Position numbers and translations under genes: made by a program
From: Octopus vulgaris
Lineage: Eukaryota
Length of the DNA stretch: 64,000 bases
Direction: 5' to 3'
Assembly: GCA_951406725.2 (NCBI GenBank)
Contig: OX597823.1
Coordinates: 46,128,001 to 46,192,000, forward strand
Part shown: in pieces, positions 40,349-54,807 of the stretch
How the letters are laid out: every line of letters begins with the position of its first letter
Position numbering within the stretch: the stretch's first letter is position 1
The notes under the pieces: generated by a model
What the model was told of the DNA's origin: nothing
The model's input: only the letters and a program-made list of their open reading frames with translations
Databases searched by the model: none

Positions 40349-40349
<1 letters not shown>
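39783..40349 (-). mobile_element. Young 5'-truncated R4/Dong-clade LINE inserted in (TAA)n
   Basis: Uninterrupted frame 40349-39882: TYIHWKLCQHYG...WYRHTPEKVTENEKATILWDMPIHTDREIKANRPDIVV...LIDVSIP...EKLSKYKDL...PIIVGALG, a restriction-like endonuclease; about 100-bp 3' UTR; TAA repeats on both sides. Confidence 0.95.
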
Positions 40350-40437
<88 letters not shown>

Positions 40438-40447
40438 TACTATTATT

Positions 40448-40494
<47 letters not shown>

Positions 40495-40547
40495 TATTAT
40501 TATTATTATTATTATCATTATTATTATTATCATTATTATTATTATCA

Positions 40548-40582
<35 letters not shown>

Positions 40583-40630
40583 GTTATTATTGTTATTATT
40601 ATTATTGTTATTATTATTATTATTATTATT

Positions 40631-40685
<55 letters not shown>

Positions 40686-40686
40686 C
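40350..40686. repeat. Compound trinucleotide array (TTA/TCA/TTG/TAG)
   Basis: Directly visible, all in one register. Confidence 0.97.
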
Positions 40687-41281
40687 AGAGCTGGTGCAAA
40701 TACTACTCTTGTTTAATATTGTTGGATTATTGGAAGTTGCTTTGATAATAGGCAATGTTTAAAATATGAGGAGCAAATTCTCAGGAGGAAAATGTGTATA
40801 TTGGTGTATGTGTGTACGAGCATGTGTGTTTATGCACGCATTTATGTACGTGTGTGTGTGTCTGTGTATGTGTGTCTGTATTTATGAGTGTCAACGAAAT
40901 GCTATTTCGAATTTGGTGAATAACAACGACACGCAACACAAAAAACTGCCCTTGCAAAAACTTGAACAGGATCACCGAATTGAAAAATAGCAAACGCAAT
41001 GAGGCAAAAGTTCAAATGAAGCAATAAGTTGAGTTTTTTGAAATTTATTCACTTCAATAGACGTCGTCCAGTTTTATGATGCCATATGGCATCAATGTTT
41101 ATCAAAACAGATGCAGTGCAAAAAGATCGCATCTACATATAACTGGTGGGCTGGCTGATTAGCGTATCAAATGTATCATACTAGTTACATACAAGATTGT
41201 CTAAGGCTTTCTACTCCACAACCATTTCTATGTTGCTTCCACAATCATTTATATGATGTCAATATGTCGTTTAATATTCAG

Positions 41282-41284
<3 letters not shown>

Positions 41285-41339
<55 letters not shown>

Positions 41340-41356
41340 GTATGTATGCATATATG

Positions 41357-41427
<71 letters not shown>

Positions 41428-41544
41428 TGTATGTGTGCGTTTGAACGTAATCTATATGCTCTCATGCAACTAAATATACACAAACATCTATCTATCTATA
41501 TGTATATATATATGTATATGTATACATATGTGTATATATATATA

Positions 41545-41594
<50 letters not shown>

Positions 41595-41665
41595 TGTGTA
41601 TGTATACAAACACACACACAAATATATATTTATATACACGCACACACACGCATATATATCTATAT
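41285..41665. repeat. (TA)n-rich microsatellite field
   Basis: Directly visible. Confidence 0.95.
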
Positions 41666-43692
41666 AATATACTTCCATTTAAATGCAGTCATATACTCAC
41701 ATTTTAGCCAATAACATCACACACATACACAGAGACGTACCCCCACACATACACACACATATGCAGTCATTCACGTACACTATGTTAATAATATTTACGA
41801 ACGCTCGGCAAAATCACAGCAGGATAATGAAAAAGTGAAAATAAGTTTAATGGCCAACAGAATGTGCTAAAGTCAGCTAGATCACGTTTCCCAAAAGTAC
41901 ACTTTTGCTTTCATAACTGACATATCTAATCAAATGCCAAGAAATTCTGTAAAAATGTCAAAATGAAAAAAAAATATATAAATAAAAAAAAAAACAGGAA
42001 TATTAACTAAAACATACAAAGTTAATAAATCTGACTATTACTGGGAAAGAACAATAATGCTCTGATATATCTTCTCCTTCAAAACCTTGCTATATATAAA
42101 GTGCAGTTTTAAATATCTTAGTCAATGGAGTTGAGTGTGAAACTTAACGAAATCAAGTATCATGTAAAGTCGTCCTAGAAAGCATATGCAATTACTCATC
42201 TTAGAACGTCTACGCTGAAAACTTTACGCCACTGCTATTTTACAAAATATTTTTGGTAAAATATTTTATCATCATAATATTTTAGTTCAACAATTATTAC
42301 ATTTCATAATTACTTTTCTATTAAGCACATTGAGCAAAATATATTTTAAAATCTCCATATTTCATTCCTTACAACTTTTGCACAGAATTACGTGCGAACA
42401 TCTTTTCTCTATGAACTGCTATTATATTTCATTGCTATATATTGCATCATTTTAGTAAAGCTTTTCGTGTTGATCCGTTTATATGTCTTGGGAGTACCAT
42501 CTATAAAAACTCAATACATTCAATACATGGTGAAATACTTCGCTTCATAATGAAGTTCATATTTTGAAGACACATGGTAACTTTGCCGTATTAACGATAC
42601 TCCGAAGCAATGTAGGCGTTCTAATAATTTACATGATAAGCTACATAAAGTGAACCAACAACATCAAGAAATATAGTCATCAACTAGAATACCTGGGGCT
42701 AAAAGAAATATGGTCCTATGTTGAAGGGATAAAGAAAGCGCGTTTCACCTGTCTATGCCGACCATAATTTATATAATGTAATCTAATATCTTGAAACGTA
42801 TCTTCAAATGGCAGCAAGTATACATCGAGAGATACAATTTAAAGCTCCGTTGAAATGATAGAAGATATATAGTATAGTTAGTGCTTTAAATCTACAAGTT
42901 ATATAAGACGAAAATTGCTAACATGGCGCTCTTTCCAACTGCACAAAAGGAATAATTTCATCTATATCCAAATGTATATTTTCTTGGATGAATCACGATA
43001 CTCACTCTCACAGGCATCTATCGACTATCAAACACAGAAATCTACGAAGATTTCTTATACTAAACTAAAATATTTTATATTTATGACACGAAATCCAGAC
43101 AACTTACATATCTAGACTTTTACATTATATTTCATTAAGTTAGCAACTGCATGTTTCGAATGTGCAGTATATTCTTCATCTATGTATGTGGAAACAGGAT
43201 ATATCCAGAACAATCGTTCTGAAGATCTCACTGATCGACTACTTGCTAACAATAACTCAAAACATCCACAGCTTAGCCGTTCCAAAAACTTGCAATATAG
43301 GATTATGACACTCCGATTGAACTTGGTGCCGGTAATAGACTCAAAGATTCAGAATATAACACTGATATGGTTTGGAAAATCTCCACACCTAAATACGCAG
43401 GGAAAACCTTTGCGTCAATGCCAATTCAAAACCTTTTAAAAGCAAGGGATATCGACTATTTCAGTTCAGAAAAAAGACAACGGGTAAAAATTAATTTCTA
43501 CATTCTTGAAAAGGCTCGTGTAAAAACGTATACAAATTATGTAAATACTAATGTAAAACTAAACAAAATTATATATCCATATGTAGTTCGCTAACATCTA
43601 ACTGTGTTCATGATCCTTAAAAGGCGTTTATAAGTTGGGACGCCATGCATAGTTATCAGTGAAACTACATCAAATAACGCAATTATATCTTA

Positions 43693-44088
43693 CTAGCAGT
43701 ATCGCCCGGCGTTGCTCGGGTTTGTAAGGGAAATAACTATATAAGCATTTTTAGAGATGTAAAGTATAATAGCCATCTCAATATGGCTAACCACAAAGGG
43801 GGGGTGTTACTGTAGCTTTTTACGTTCTGAGATTTAATAATACATTTTTAGAGAGTTACTTCCCTTATATATGCCAAAACTGCATCAAAAATGGGAAAAA
43901 TTGATGGTAAATTTTTTGAAAAATCGTAGATTCATCGTAGACGCGCGCTAATACCCAGAAGGGCTCGATATGAATCACGACTATAAGATACCCGGTTTTG
44001 GTTAAACTGCAACGCAAAATGTGGGAGTAGTTAGGAATCTAAATCGTAGGAGACAGACAGCACACAACCTTACTTTTATATATAAAGA
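43693..44088 (-). mobile_element. Non-autonomous Helitron, copy 2
   Basis: Minus strand A|TCTTTATATATAAAAG ... CCCGAGCAACGCCGGG-CGATACTG-CTAG|T: canonical TC/CTAG ends, 3' hairpin, AT target, no TSD. Confidence 0.93.
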
Positions 44089-45099
44089 TTTCAGAACAGA
44101 GAATTACAGATAATTAAATGCAAAAAAACAGAGTTTCCCTCAAATACAATTTTTGAAATGTATGAACATTGTATTTCGTTTGAATGGTTACTCTAGGCAT
44201 TGATAATCAGCAGCGAACTGACTAACTATCATTTTGTGAGCACATTGTGTTGTTCTCTAGACATATTGAAAAAGAACTCATGTGTATGACGATTACATAT
44301 CCACATGCATCTCACAATTTTACACGTTATTTATTGCCCATTTCAAGCCTGCTTAACTTTAAACCGAAACATTGATATAAAAATTAGAAAATCGACATTG
44401 CCCAATTCTAGAGAGGAGAGAAATTGTTCTTGTCTATCAAGTTGTATCAAAACAATTTCAAATTTATTTTATTTCTATTCTTCATGGGGAGTTATGCCAT
44501 CTTGTATATTTTGAGAGATGAAAACATTGAAGCAAACTAAATTCACAGATCCATATGGTGAGTGGTTAAGAATTTTGTTTTGCAAAAATGTTTACAAGGT
44601 TTCGTTCCCAGCACATACCAGTTCATATTATCTTGGAAAAGTGACTTCTATTAATTTCAAGTTTTTTTTCAATAAGTTGTGAGTGGAATGCAGATGACAG
44701 AAACTGCGGAAAACTGATGGATGACTGTTGTTAAACGACAGAATATGTATTTAATATCTCTGATGGAAGAATTTAATAGTTTATGTAAAAATCTATACTT
44801 CACTCTCTACAAAAATAGGAGTTTTCGCTGCAAGATTTTGTCAGAGAGAAAATATTTTCTGTTTGTAGATTTTGTGTGCAAAGTTAGATCGACCTGAGCT
44901 CTATATAACGTCACTGGACTACCAGACACGGTGTTTCGACGTGATTTCGCCATTTAGCAGATTCCACTTCGGTAAATTTGGTTAGAGCTAAACACGAATA
45001 TTTTCGTTGTGTATAGAAAACAGTACATAATGCATTTGTTTGTGTTTTCTGAGACTTACTGAGGTGGAATTATTTTAAAGTATGCACGTGAAGCTGCGA

Positions 45100-45300
45100 G
45101 CATGTTGGAAATAAATGTGTGCTTCTCTCTCCATTTTTCTTTTCATTCTCTCACCGTTCTTTATGTCTCAATCCTTTTTGTCGAAGAGCGTAGGATCAAG
45201 ACGTCAAAGACTTTTCCATTCTCCCCGAGTGTTAAAGTAATACACCTGCATGTTGTTCCTTCACCTGTCTTCGTGTTTTGTTTTCTGTAAATTTGAACTA
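45100..45300 (+). mobile_element. Short pyrimidine-rich element with a decayed hammerhead motif
   Basis: CTTT-TTGTCGA-AGAGCGTAGGATC-AAGA-CGTC-AAAG at 45174-45209; ends ...GAACTA plus microsatellite, like the element at 3295-3503. Confidence 0.5.
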
Positions 45301-45472
45301 CACACACACACACAGACACACACACACACACGTATATATATATATATATATATATACATATATTATATTAAATTAGAGACAAAACCACTATTAGGCAAAT
45401 CAAACAATGAAAAACTTAAGCCAATACATAAGATTATTTAATTTATATTATTTAAATATATAACAAAATTAT

Positions 45473-45625
<153 letters not shown>

Positions 45626-45736
45626 ATAATATATGCATACATATATACACGTATGTATATACTGGCACACACAACTACAAATAAGCTTTGTCTGTTTTGT
45701 TTTTGCTTTATTCGAAACGCGTTATTATTATTATTT

Positions 45737-48700
45737 CACATACGCACAACAGATTAAGCTGTTGGAAAAGAAAAATACCGAACATGGAGCTACAACAAGT
45801 AACCTTAGATGTTAAGAATCTTCTAAAGTATCCTAGCTGTCCCTAATAACACTGCTTTCTGGAGCTGTACTAAACTAGGTTTTATGCTTATTTTATCTAT
45901 GCGTATTTTCAAATATTTAGGGATAGTCCCCAGTGCATTTAAAACTACAGGGATGCATTTTACCCGCACTTTGTATACTCTCTGTAACTCTGTGGCTAGG
46001 CCCTGGTATTTTGCTGTTTTATCTATACCTCTGGTATTGACTTTCTCGTCATTTGGGATTGTAAAATCAATTATTTGGCACTTTTTATTGTCTTTGTCTA
46101 CTACTACTAAATCAGGCCTTGTAGCTTTTATTACACTGTCCGTCTGAATGTTAAAGTCCCACAACATCTTATATTTCTTACTTTCTAGTACTTTACTAAG
46201 TTTCATGTTCATACCATTTATCATTATGTTCAAATCCTAGCTTTCAACATAACTCCCAGTGAATTACACTCCCTAGGTTGCTATGTATTTCCTTGTATTC
46301 TTTCTGTGTCAGCATGCTACATTTACTTATATGAGTAACACTTTCCTCTTTTGATTTACATAACCTATATTGGGAATCTACTTGGTCTTAGCTTTTTATC
46401 TAATTAGTCCCCAATGCTTGATCTTGTGCTGTTGCTAACAAACTTCCTGTCTCCTTTTTCAACCTTCTTTCTGCAAACATAACCATGTCTCACTACCACT
46501 ATTTCTGCAATTATCTTTCGGAATATGTCATGCAAAGTCTTCACATACCAGTTAGATAATTTTTCTTTTTTTTCTGATTTTTATCTCTACTTGGCTTGTT
46601 TGTTTCCCAGTGTCATAAGCTGGCCCTAGCAGCTCTTAATAAAACTTCCTTCACTAGTACCTCTATTAACTTTGTCAACTGTAACTATCTCCACGCAGTC
46701 TTCTACTAATATTAACCCACTTCTATCTTCCATTCTGGATAAGTATAATCTTGCTACTCTTGCTCTTGGATGAAGTCCTCCATTCATATTGAATTCCTTC
46801 CTAGCTCTTGTGTCTAGTTTTGCTAATTCAGTTTCTGTACAATCTACAAAAGCTGCTGAGTATTTAAGTAATGATACTACCCAAGTATTTACAGCCTTCA
46901 CGAGTTTCGGGCAATTAAGCTTTGACTTCATTAGCTTTCTCAACCTTCTGATGTACTCCTCAATTTTCTTTTTCATTTCTCTAGTTAGTATTCTATCAGA
47001 TTCTAAAACTCCCAAATATTTATAACTCTCTCCTTCTTCCAGTGATTTTAAGGTCTAGCCATCTGGTAATTGGATGTCTTTGCTGTTGACTACCTGCCCC
47101 TTTTACATGACTAATCTATGCCAAATTCTTATCTACACCAAATTCCATGCCTACATCTTTGCTGGAGAGTCTTACAGTTTGTTTTAAGGAATCTATCTCT
47201 TTTTTCTATTCTTTCTAAAATCTTCAGATCATCCCTGTAGAGCAAATGGTTAATTTTCCCCTTATTGTTTCTGAACTGATACCCTGCCTTTGCCTTATTT
47301 AATACTAAACTGAGGGAGATTAAGAATAAGATAAATATAAAAGAGAACGAGTCTTCTTGGAAGATTCCTCATTTAATTTCCCTTAGACTATGTCACCTGA
47401 GTAGAGATTTACTTTCCATTTCCTCGTGCGAAAGATAATTAATTCTCTTATGTTGTTTTCAATACTGAATATACTCGAACATTCACTTATATATGACTGG
47501 GATCATGTCATACGCTTTCTTATAATCTATCCATGCGATTGTTAGATTTTTCTTTCTATAATTTACTTAATTTAGAAATGCTTTCTCTATGTATAATAGA
47601 TCATGTTTCCCTCTAGCCTTAGCAACCATTCTGCTCTTCTGGTAGTAAATTGTGGTTGTCAAGTTGCTCGTAAATGCTTTCTGAAAGCATTCCTGTCAGC
47701 AGCTTCCACATTAATAGTAAGGAAGTGATTAATCTATAGTTGCTAGCTGTATTACTCTTCCTCTTATTTTTCATAATAAGTATTGTCACCCAATCTGATA
47801 TTATACCTCCATTGAGAAAATCCTGAAATTGTTCCAACAGCCTCCCGTGTAAGCTACTAAATTTCTTTAAACAGTACCCTTGAACTAAATCTGTTCCTGG
47901 ACCCCTCCAGTTCAGTATTTTTCCTAACACTTTACTCATTAATACACTAGGTTAGTCTTAGATCTGGCAGCTTCTCACTCACTACTACCTTCCCCACTTT
48001 CTTTAACAATACTACATCTCCATTATGATTGACAGGTTTATCCCAAATATTACTCCCGATCTTTCTAGTTCCTTCTGCACTAGGTTTCTCATCTTCAGTA
48101 CTTTCTTCTTCACTATCTATTTGGTTATAAAATATCTTCTGGTATGTCTCTGTTAATCTATTCTGTTGATGATAATCTATCCTTTTCTGATATCTAGAAA
48201 GCTTGCTTGCAACTGCCATGATACGCTGTTTCAACTCTTCCATGACTGTCCCAAATCCTTTCTCTTTGATTAAGCACCTGTTCTCAAGAAATTAAAATCT
48301 TGTGCTTCCTAACTTGTTCAGTTTCCAGGCTTCTAGTCTACTCAGATTTTGTCTTAATGTCTTCACCTTATTTTGTAATTTCCTTTTCCACATTTGCTCT
48401 TTTCTACTCTTTCTTTGAGAAATATATAACCTTCTAGTAACTGCTACTCCCCCTGCTGCATAGATCAATGAGTTAGTGTCACCTATATTTTTCGTTTCTA
48501 TCCTACTGATAACAGAATCTACTTTCCAAGTCTTATCTAGCAGCTTCCTTCTGTTGCTAACTTTTAATGCTGGCAATCATTTTCTTTCTTTTTTACGCAT
48601 TGTTTTCTGCAACTCTTCTGAAATTTTCTGATCTGCCTCACTTAAATCGCTTAAGTTGCTCGTGCCAGTTGTCTCATCCCAGTTGTGCCCCTATTATTTT

Positions 48701-49110
48701 TTCCTTTAGGTTCTTTTTTGGTACGAACTGTATTTCTTAAGCTTTTGTTTAGCTTTTTGCTGCTTGGTCTTTCTTTTCCAATTCTCTTGTGATCTCTTCC
48801 ACCACCTATTATGCCATCCACTCTCTTGGCCTGGTGTACAAGTCTCCGCTTAGTTACTTTAGACATACCATTCTATACTCAAAGTGTTAATAACCGTTTG
48901 CTATAAACACTTCTTTTAGGTTCCCTTTCTAAGTAGCAAAGTAGCACTGCATCCCTATCTTGTTTTCTTCGCTGGTCCACCTCCACTTCCTCACTCTATT
49001 ATCTGCTGATACAGTCTTACGATAACAGCTGTGGTCAATCTACGTCTGTACTGAATCACCGCCGAGCTAGAGACCTTTGCTATGGGGGTTTGTTCATTTT
49101 ATTTGACATT
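45737..49110 (-). mobile_element. Near full-length degenerate R4/Dong-clade LINE
   Basis: N-terminal VLLCYLEREPKR...VTKRRLVHQA; RT motifs NWRGPGTD, NYRLIT, IAWIDYKKAYDM, GIFQEDSF, NHLLYRDDLK; GGLHPRARVARLY; zinc-knuckle remnant; RLE LWDFNIQTD...RPDLVV...IID; 3' end abuts a short (TAA)n at 45722-45736. Confidence 0.93.
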
Positions 49111-49332
49111 TAATGTATAGGTTTATTCCTGTGTGTTTGGTGGGGTGCAAGTGTTGCATTGTAGTGTGCGTAAATCACTTCATTAAAGTCATGGCTATAT
49201 GTTCATTGCTCTTTTTTGGCTTTGTTATTTGTTTGGAGAGTGACATTAAGAGATAGGTCCATTTTTACAGAATTTACTTTTTGAAAAACTACCGCCTCTT
49301 AATGTATGTTATAGATTTTTTTCCCTGTGATT

Positions 49333-49850
49333 GACATGGTGATCTCTTATCAAGATAACCAGCGCATGAACTTGCAGGAGGAGACCAAACTAGAATTCTC
49401 TTCAGGTCAAGGAATCCATTCCACTTAAATAGCCCATGTATAAAGAGTTATTTAAGGATGATGAACAAAAAACTCATGTTTTCATAGGTGAATTATCCAA
49501 ACCCCAAAGAATTCCTCTCAGTACATGGTTATGATGCTCACCCATTACTTTCAGAGCTGCACATATCATCAGCCACGAAAGGACATGTTCAAATGGTTAA
49601 GATCAAGCAAGTGACAAGCAAATCTGTGGTTCTGAGCAGAATATTTGTTGTAGCCCATCTTTTACCCTAAGACAAAACAATATACATCATAACAACTCCA
49701 ATCAGGTAAGATCAGAAGCCATGAGAGCCACTGCCTGGTACTGCATCAGGGTTTTATTGTGCAGAATATTTGCTGTAGCTCGTCTTTTATACCAAGACAC
49801 AACAATGCACACTTCGAATCAATTAAGATCAAAAGCCATGAGAGTCACTA
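49333..49850. mobile_element. Older copy of unclassified repeat F with a duplicated end
   Basis: 49457-49752 aligns to 50020-50320; 49760-49845 repeats the terminal segment. Confidence 0.8.
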
Positions 49851-49859
49851 CATTATTAC

Positions 49860-50450
<591 letters not shown>

Positions 50451-51260
50451 TCTTATATTCCTGTGTAAATTCTGTTATGGTTGTTGGTTTGCAGCTTTTT
50501 GAAGTTCGTTGGTTGGGAAAATTTTTAAAAAAAAGTATTGGTAAATTAACAAATTAAGAGGAAGAGCAGGGGCTAACTTAAGAATTCTCATTGAAACATC
50601 ACAGCCGGGCACCATTCAATTATAATGAATTCATAATTTTGCTGAAAAGTTTACGGGACTTTTATCAAAGCCTGTCTACGTTAATCTTTTAAGACAGGTC
50701 TGTGACTATTCAGCTTTGTCCTAATTTTAGAAGTAAACTTCTAAGCTTAGCAGCAATTATAGTTGTAACATTGTAGTTCTTATTAAGACAGATCAAATGG
50801 CCAATTCACTATTTACTTTAAGACGTTTGGCTTAATCAAATTTGTCCTGCTTCTCTCTTACTGTATCTGCAAATTAGCTGTTGAGAATGTAGAGAGGCAA
50901 AGTATAATAAACGACCTTGCGACAATATGAAGGAAAACTAGGATGCAATACACGTCTGAAAATGGTTATGCTAGTTATAGGAATCTATGAACGATTTACT
51001 TCACATAGTTTATTGCCATGGATACGAATAGCGTTAATAGAGAGACGACTTTTACTGAATACAGATTAACACAACAATCAAATTACAAATGACAATGGTT
51101 TTTCACAAGTTTATTGTTAGAAAATGGCTAAATTCTTAGGTAGTATGACACAAGCATCCGAGTAAAGCAAAACCACTACAAATATGGACAGCAATTAGAA
51201 AGTTTAATATATCAAAATAGATATAAAAAAAACATCATAAATTAATATCTTTTGCTTTCT

Positions 51261-51653
51261 CTCTTTTACTTGTGTCAGTCATTTGACTGCAGTTATGGTG
51301 GTGCACCGCCTTGAATAATTTGTTTTAGTCGAATAAATCGATCATAGTACTTTAAGGTACTCTTTCTCTTTCATGTTAAGCCTAGTACTTATCTACCGGT
51401 CCCTTTTGCTGAACCGCTAAGTTACAGGGACGTAAACTCACAAGCACCGGTTGTCAAGCGGTGGTAGGAGGACAAACACAGACACGACACACATATCTAC
51501 GACGGGCTTCTTTCAGTTTCCGCCTACCAAATCCACTCACAAGGCTTCGATCGGCCCGTGGAAGACACTTGCCTAAGGTGGCACGCAGTGGAACTGAACC
51601 CCAAACCATGTGTTTGGGAGGAAAGCTTCTTACCACACAGCCATGCCTGTGCC
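51261..51653 (-). mobile_element. Full-length SINE family A
   Basis: Minus strand GGCACAGGCATGGCTGTGTGGTAAG...GGTTCAGTTCC...tail AAGTAAAAGAG. Confidence 0.92.
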
Positions 51654-54077
51654 TAATGTGTTAATTTTTTAATGTGCTTAATGAGTAAAATCCAACTTAG
51701 CCTATTTCTATTACTTTTTGGAGCAATGAAAACCGAGGCCAAACTAAATAAAACGGTTGTTTTACCAGTAGTTTACAAATTCTATGAAGCTCTAGATAAT
51801 TAATTTCCATAATTTGAATTTTTTTAAAGTTAGTTATTGAATATCACTTAGCTAAAAGGAATTGTAAGATAACATATTCCAACGACGTGGAAAGGAAATC
51901 ATTTAGAATGTTCCCTTTAATGGAATAACGAAGAGAATGTTAGTGATTTCATTTCATTAATTCAGTGAGATACAAACATGTATGGTCAGACATTAAACAT
52001 AAGAATATAACATTATATTGTGATTAGAAGGATCATCCAAAATTGTTTTCTGAGATATAAAGATAAGAAACGAGTAAGACTAATCACTGGAATTATTCGA
52101 CAATAGATGAGGTGTCTGTGTTGGCATGAATCTATGCAGGATAAAATATATAATGAAATGCGGCGACGTGATGTAATGATAAAGAGAATGTAATTTCTTT
52201 GGCTCGCGTTAAAAGGTAACTTCGTTGAGTCATCTCGTTCTCGATATCTATATAATCTACCAGAAGAGAGTTTAGTAAGAATAAAATCTGAACTATTCCA
52301 CTGATACTTAACTGCAGCACAATCATGTGATAGGCTAGAAGCCATACTTAGTTTCACAATCATATAGTATTGAAGAGACAGTTATATAGAATAAAAATAT
52401 AAAATGAGCTTTTCTCCACAAATGAGATAATTTTTCATCGTTTCGCAGTTGTCTTAACTTTTTCAATGACAATGAAAGATCCTATACATATAAAAAAAAA
52501 GCAACCTAGACCCATGAAAAATAGTGACCAGATGTTTCTGAACCCCAACTCTGTCGTATTAAAAAAAAATGGTGTTCATTGGATAATGCATTCCGTAGTA
52601 TATAAAATTAGCGAGAATGCCTTTGATCATAATCTGCTCCACCTAGGCACATCTGGCTCCTGGCTGATCTCAATAAATAGATATATAAACCAGAGAAATT
52701 TTCTTTATATAGTCATGTGAAATGCTCAATAAAGTAACTAAATTACATTGAAACAAACACAAGGTTGCATATTAATGACGACCACATATTTTAATTTCTA
52801 AATGCCGGGACATATCAGACAGCAATAATAAAATCATGAAAGAAAGCGACGGTACTAAAAATATGCACTTAAGATAGCCATGACACAAATCGATACGAAG
52901 GAGATTTTATATCTAAATATCTAGAATATTCTTACGGTAGGTAAGAATATCCCACGACATCCGATTGGCAACATAAGTTCAATACGTCCATTCTACACAA
53001 AAATTGATCGCGGGATACATACAAAAAACAAAATTGGATTCATTTAACAAGCTAATAATATGTAAACGCTAGAAGCTGTGGCTCCTGTTCTTACTTGAAT
53101 CCTTCTTTATCTCCCTCTGTACCCCTTCTATTTTATATATATATCGCTCGCTCACTCTCCCTCTCTCTGCCTTTCAAACTGCCTTACACTCTAATTTTCT
53201 TCTAAAGGGTATGTACAAGATTTTTTAAAACTCTGTGCTTGTATTTTGTGAAAATTTTCGTTGTTGTAAGAAAGGGAATTTTTGCTAAAATGCTGATTAA
53301 TTAATGAGCAAATTATATGAACATTTTAGCAAACACACCATACGAACACATGCTTGATGAAAGTGAAAATGATTTAATTATGCTAACTGGCAATACAATT
53401 CTGATACAATATTCGGAACAATATTTATAAACAATTTATATTTCCAGTCTGAGTTAAAGCTAAATAGAATCTGTATCAAGAATCAAAGATCGCTCCTCAT
53501 TCTCCACAAATCTAAACTAATTACATTAAAAATTAAACAAACAAACAATAACATTGACAATAAAATAAAGATAAAAACAAAATCAAAAATGAAACAAAGA
53601 ATTTTAAAAAATACTCAGAAACAAACCATGTAATGATAGAAGCTTTAGAACGTTTCGAAAAATTAAATTTATTTCCTAGCATCGTCTTATAAGAAATTAT
53701 AAAACAAGTATGATTAATTTCAGGAGAACACGTTGCGTTATTCCCCGCACACCTTTCGCATTTATTCATCCCGCCTCTCTCTCTTTTACTCTTGATTATA
53801 ATGATAATAACAATGGTTTTATTTGTAATTGTGTATCTGTAGTGAATATGCAGACACATATGGTCTCGATAGCAATGATGATGATGATGAAGTTAACTTA
53901 TTGATATATGTTGCTGCTGACGACGATGATAGTAATGATGATGACGACAACACGAGAATGTTCAAGGATGGACATTTTATCAACAATCTTAACTACAGAT
54001 TCACTACGAAAGTGAAAGATATATTCTTACTGATTGAGCTGTAGTTAAAACAATCTTCAATATCATAATATTCTATA

Positions 54078-54256
54078 ACGAAATGCTTAATGGCATTTTG
54101 GCCGTCTTTACATTCTGAGTTCAAATTCCACCGAGGTCGACTTTATCTTTCATCCTTTCGGGGTTGATAAAATAAGTACCACTTGAACTCTGGGGTCGAT
54201 GGAATCGATTTACTCCCTCCCCTGAAATTGTTGGTTTTGTGCCAAAATTTTAAACC
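54078..54256 (+). mobile_element. SINE family B, 5'-truncated
   Basis: GAAATGCTTAATGGC...GAGTTCAAATTCC...CTTTCATCCTTTCGGGG...GCCAAAATTTTAAACC. Confidence 0.9.
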
Positions 54257-54275
54257 AATATTATAATATTCCATA

Positions 54276-54807
54276 GGGCGGCGAGCTGACAGAGGCGTCA
54301 CTGTATCGGGTAAAATGCTCAGCGGCATTTTGTCCGTCTTAACATTTTAAGTTCAAATTCCACTGAGTCCGAATGTGCCTTTCATCCTTTCGAAGTCGAT
54401 AAAGTAATTTTTGTTGTTGTTTGTTCCTTCGCGAGCCACGCCGGGCTCATAAGGGCCGGTTTTCCGGTTTCCTTGGCGTATAGGTTCCCCACCTGGACGG
54501 GACGCCGGTCCGTCGCAGGTGAGCTGCAAGATGCAGGAGGAAAGCGTGAAAGAAAGTTATGGCGAAAGAGTCAGCAGAAGTTCGCCATTACCTTCTGCCG
54601 GAGCCGCGTGGAGCTTAGGTGCTTCGCTCATAAACACACACATCACCCGGTCTGAGATTCGAACCCACGATCCCTCGACCGCGAGTGCTCTAACCACTAG
54701 GCCATGTGCCTCCACCGATAAAGTAATTAACAGTTGAGAACTGGGGTCGATGTAATCGATTTACCTCCTCCCCCAAAATTGCTGGCATTTAGCCAAGATT
54801 TGTAACC
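54276..54807 (+). mobile_element. SINE family B interrupted by SINE C
   Basis: Head GGGCGGCGAGCTGACAG at 54276; body resumes after 54728. Confidence 0.9.
54410..54715 (-). mobile_element. SINE family C
   Basis: Reverse complement of the copy at 28680 with an (AAC)n tail; perfect TSD CGATAAAGTAATT at 54397-54409 and 54716-54728. Confidence 0.95.

Noticed and set aside
43140-43300. GIY-YIG-like YV(G)ETG...LTDRL
   Set aside because: Too few residues to distinguish from chance.
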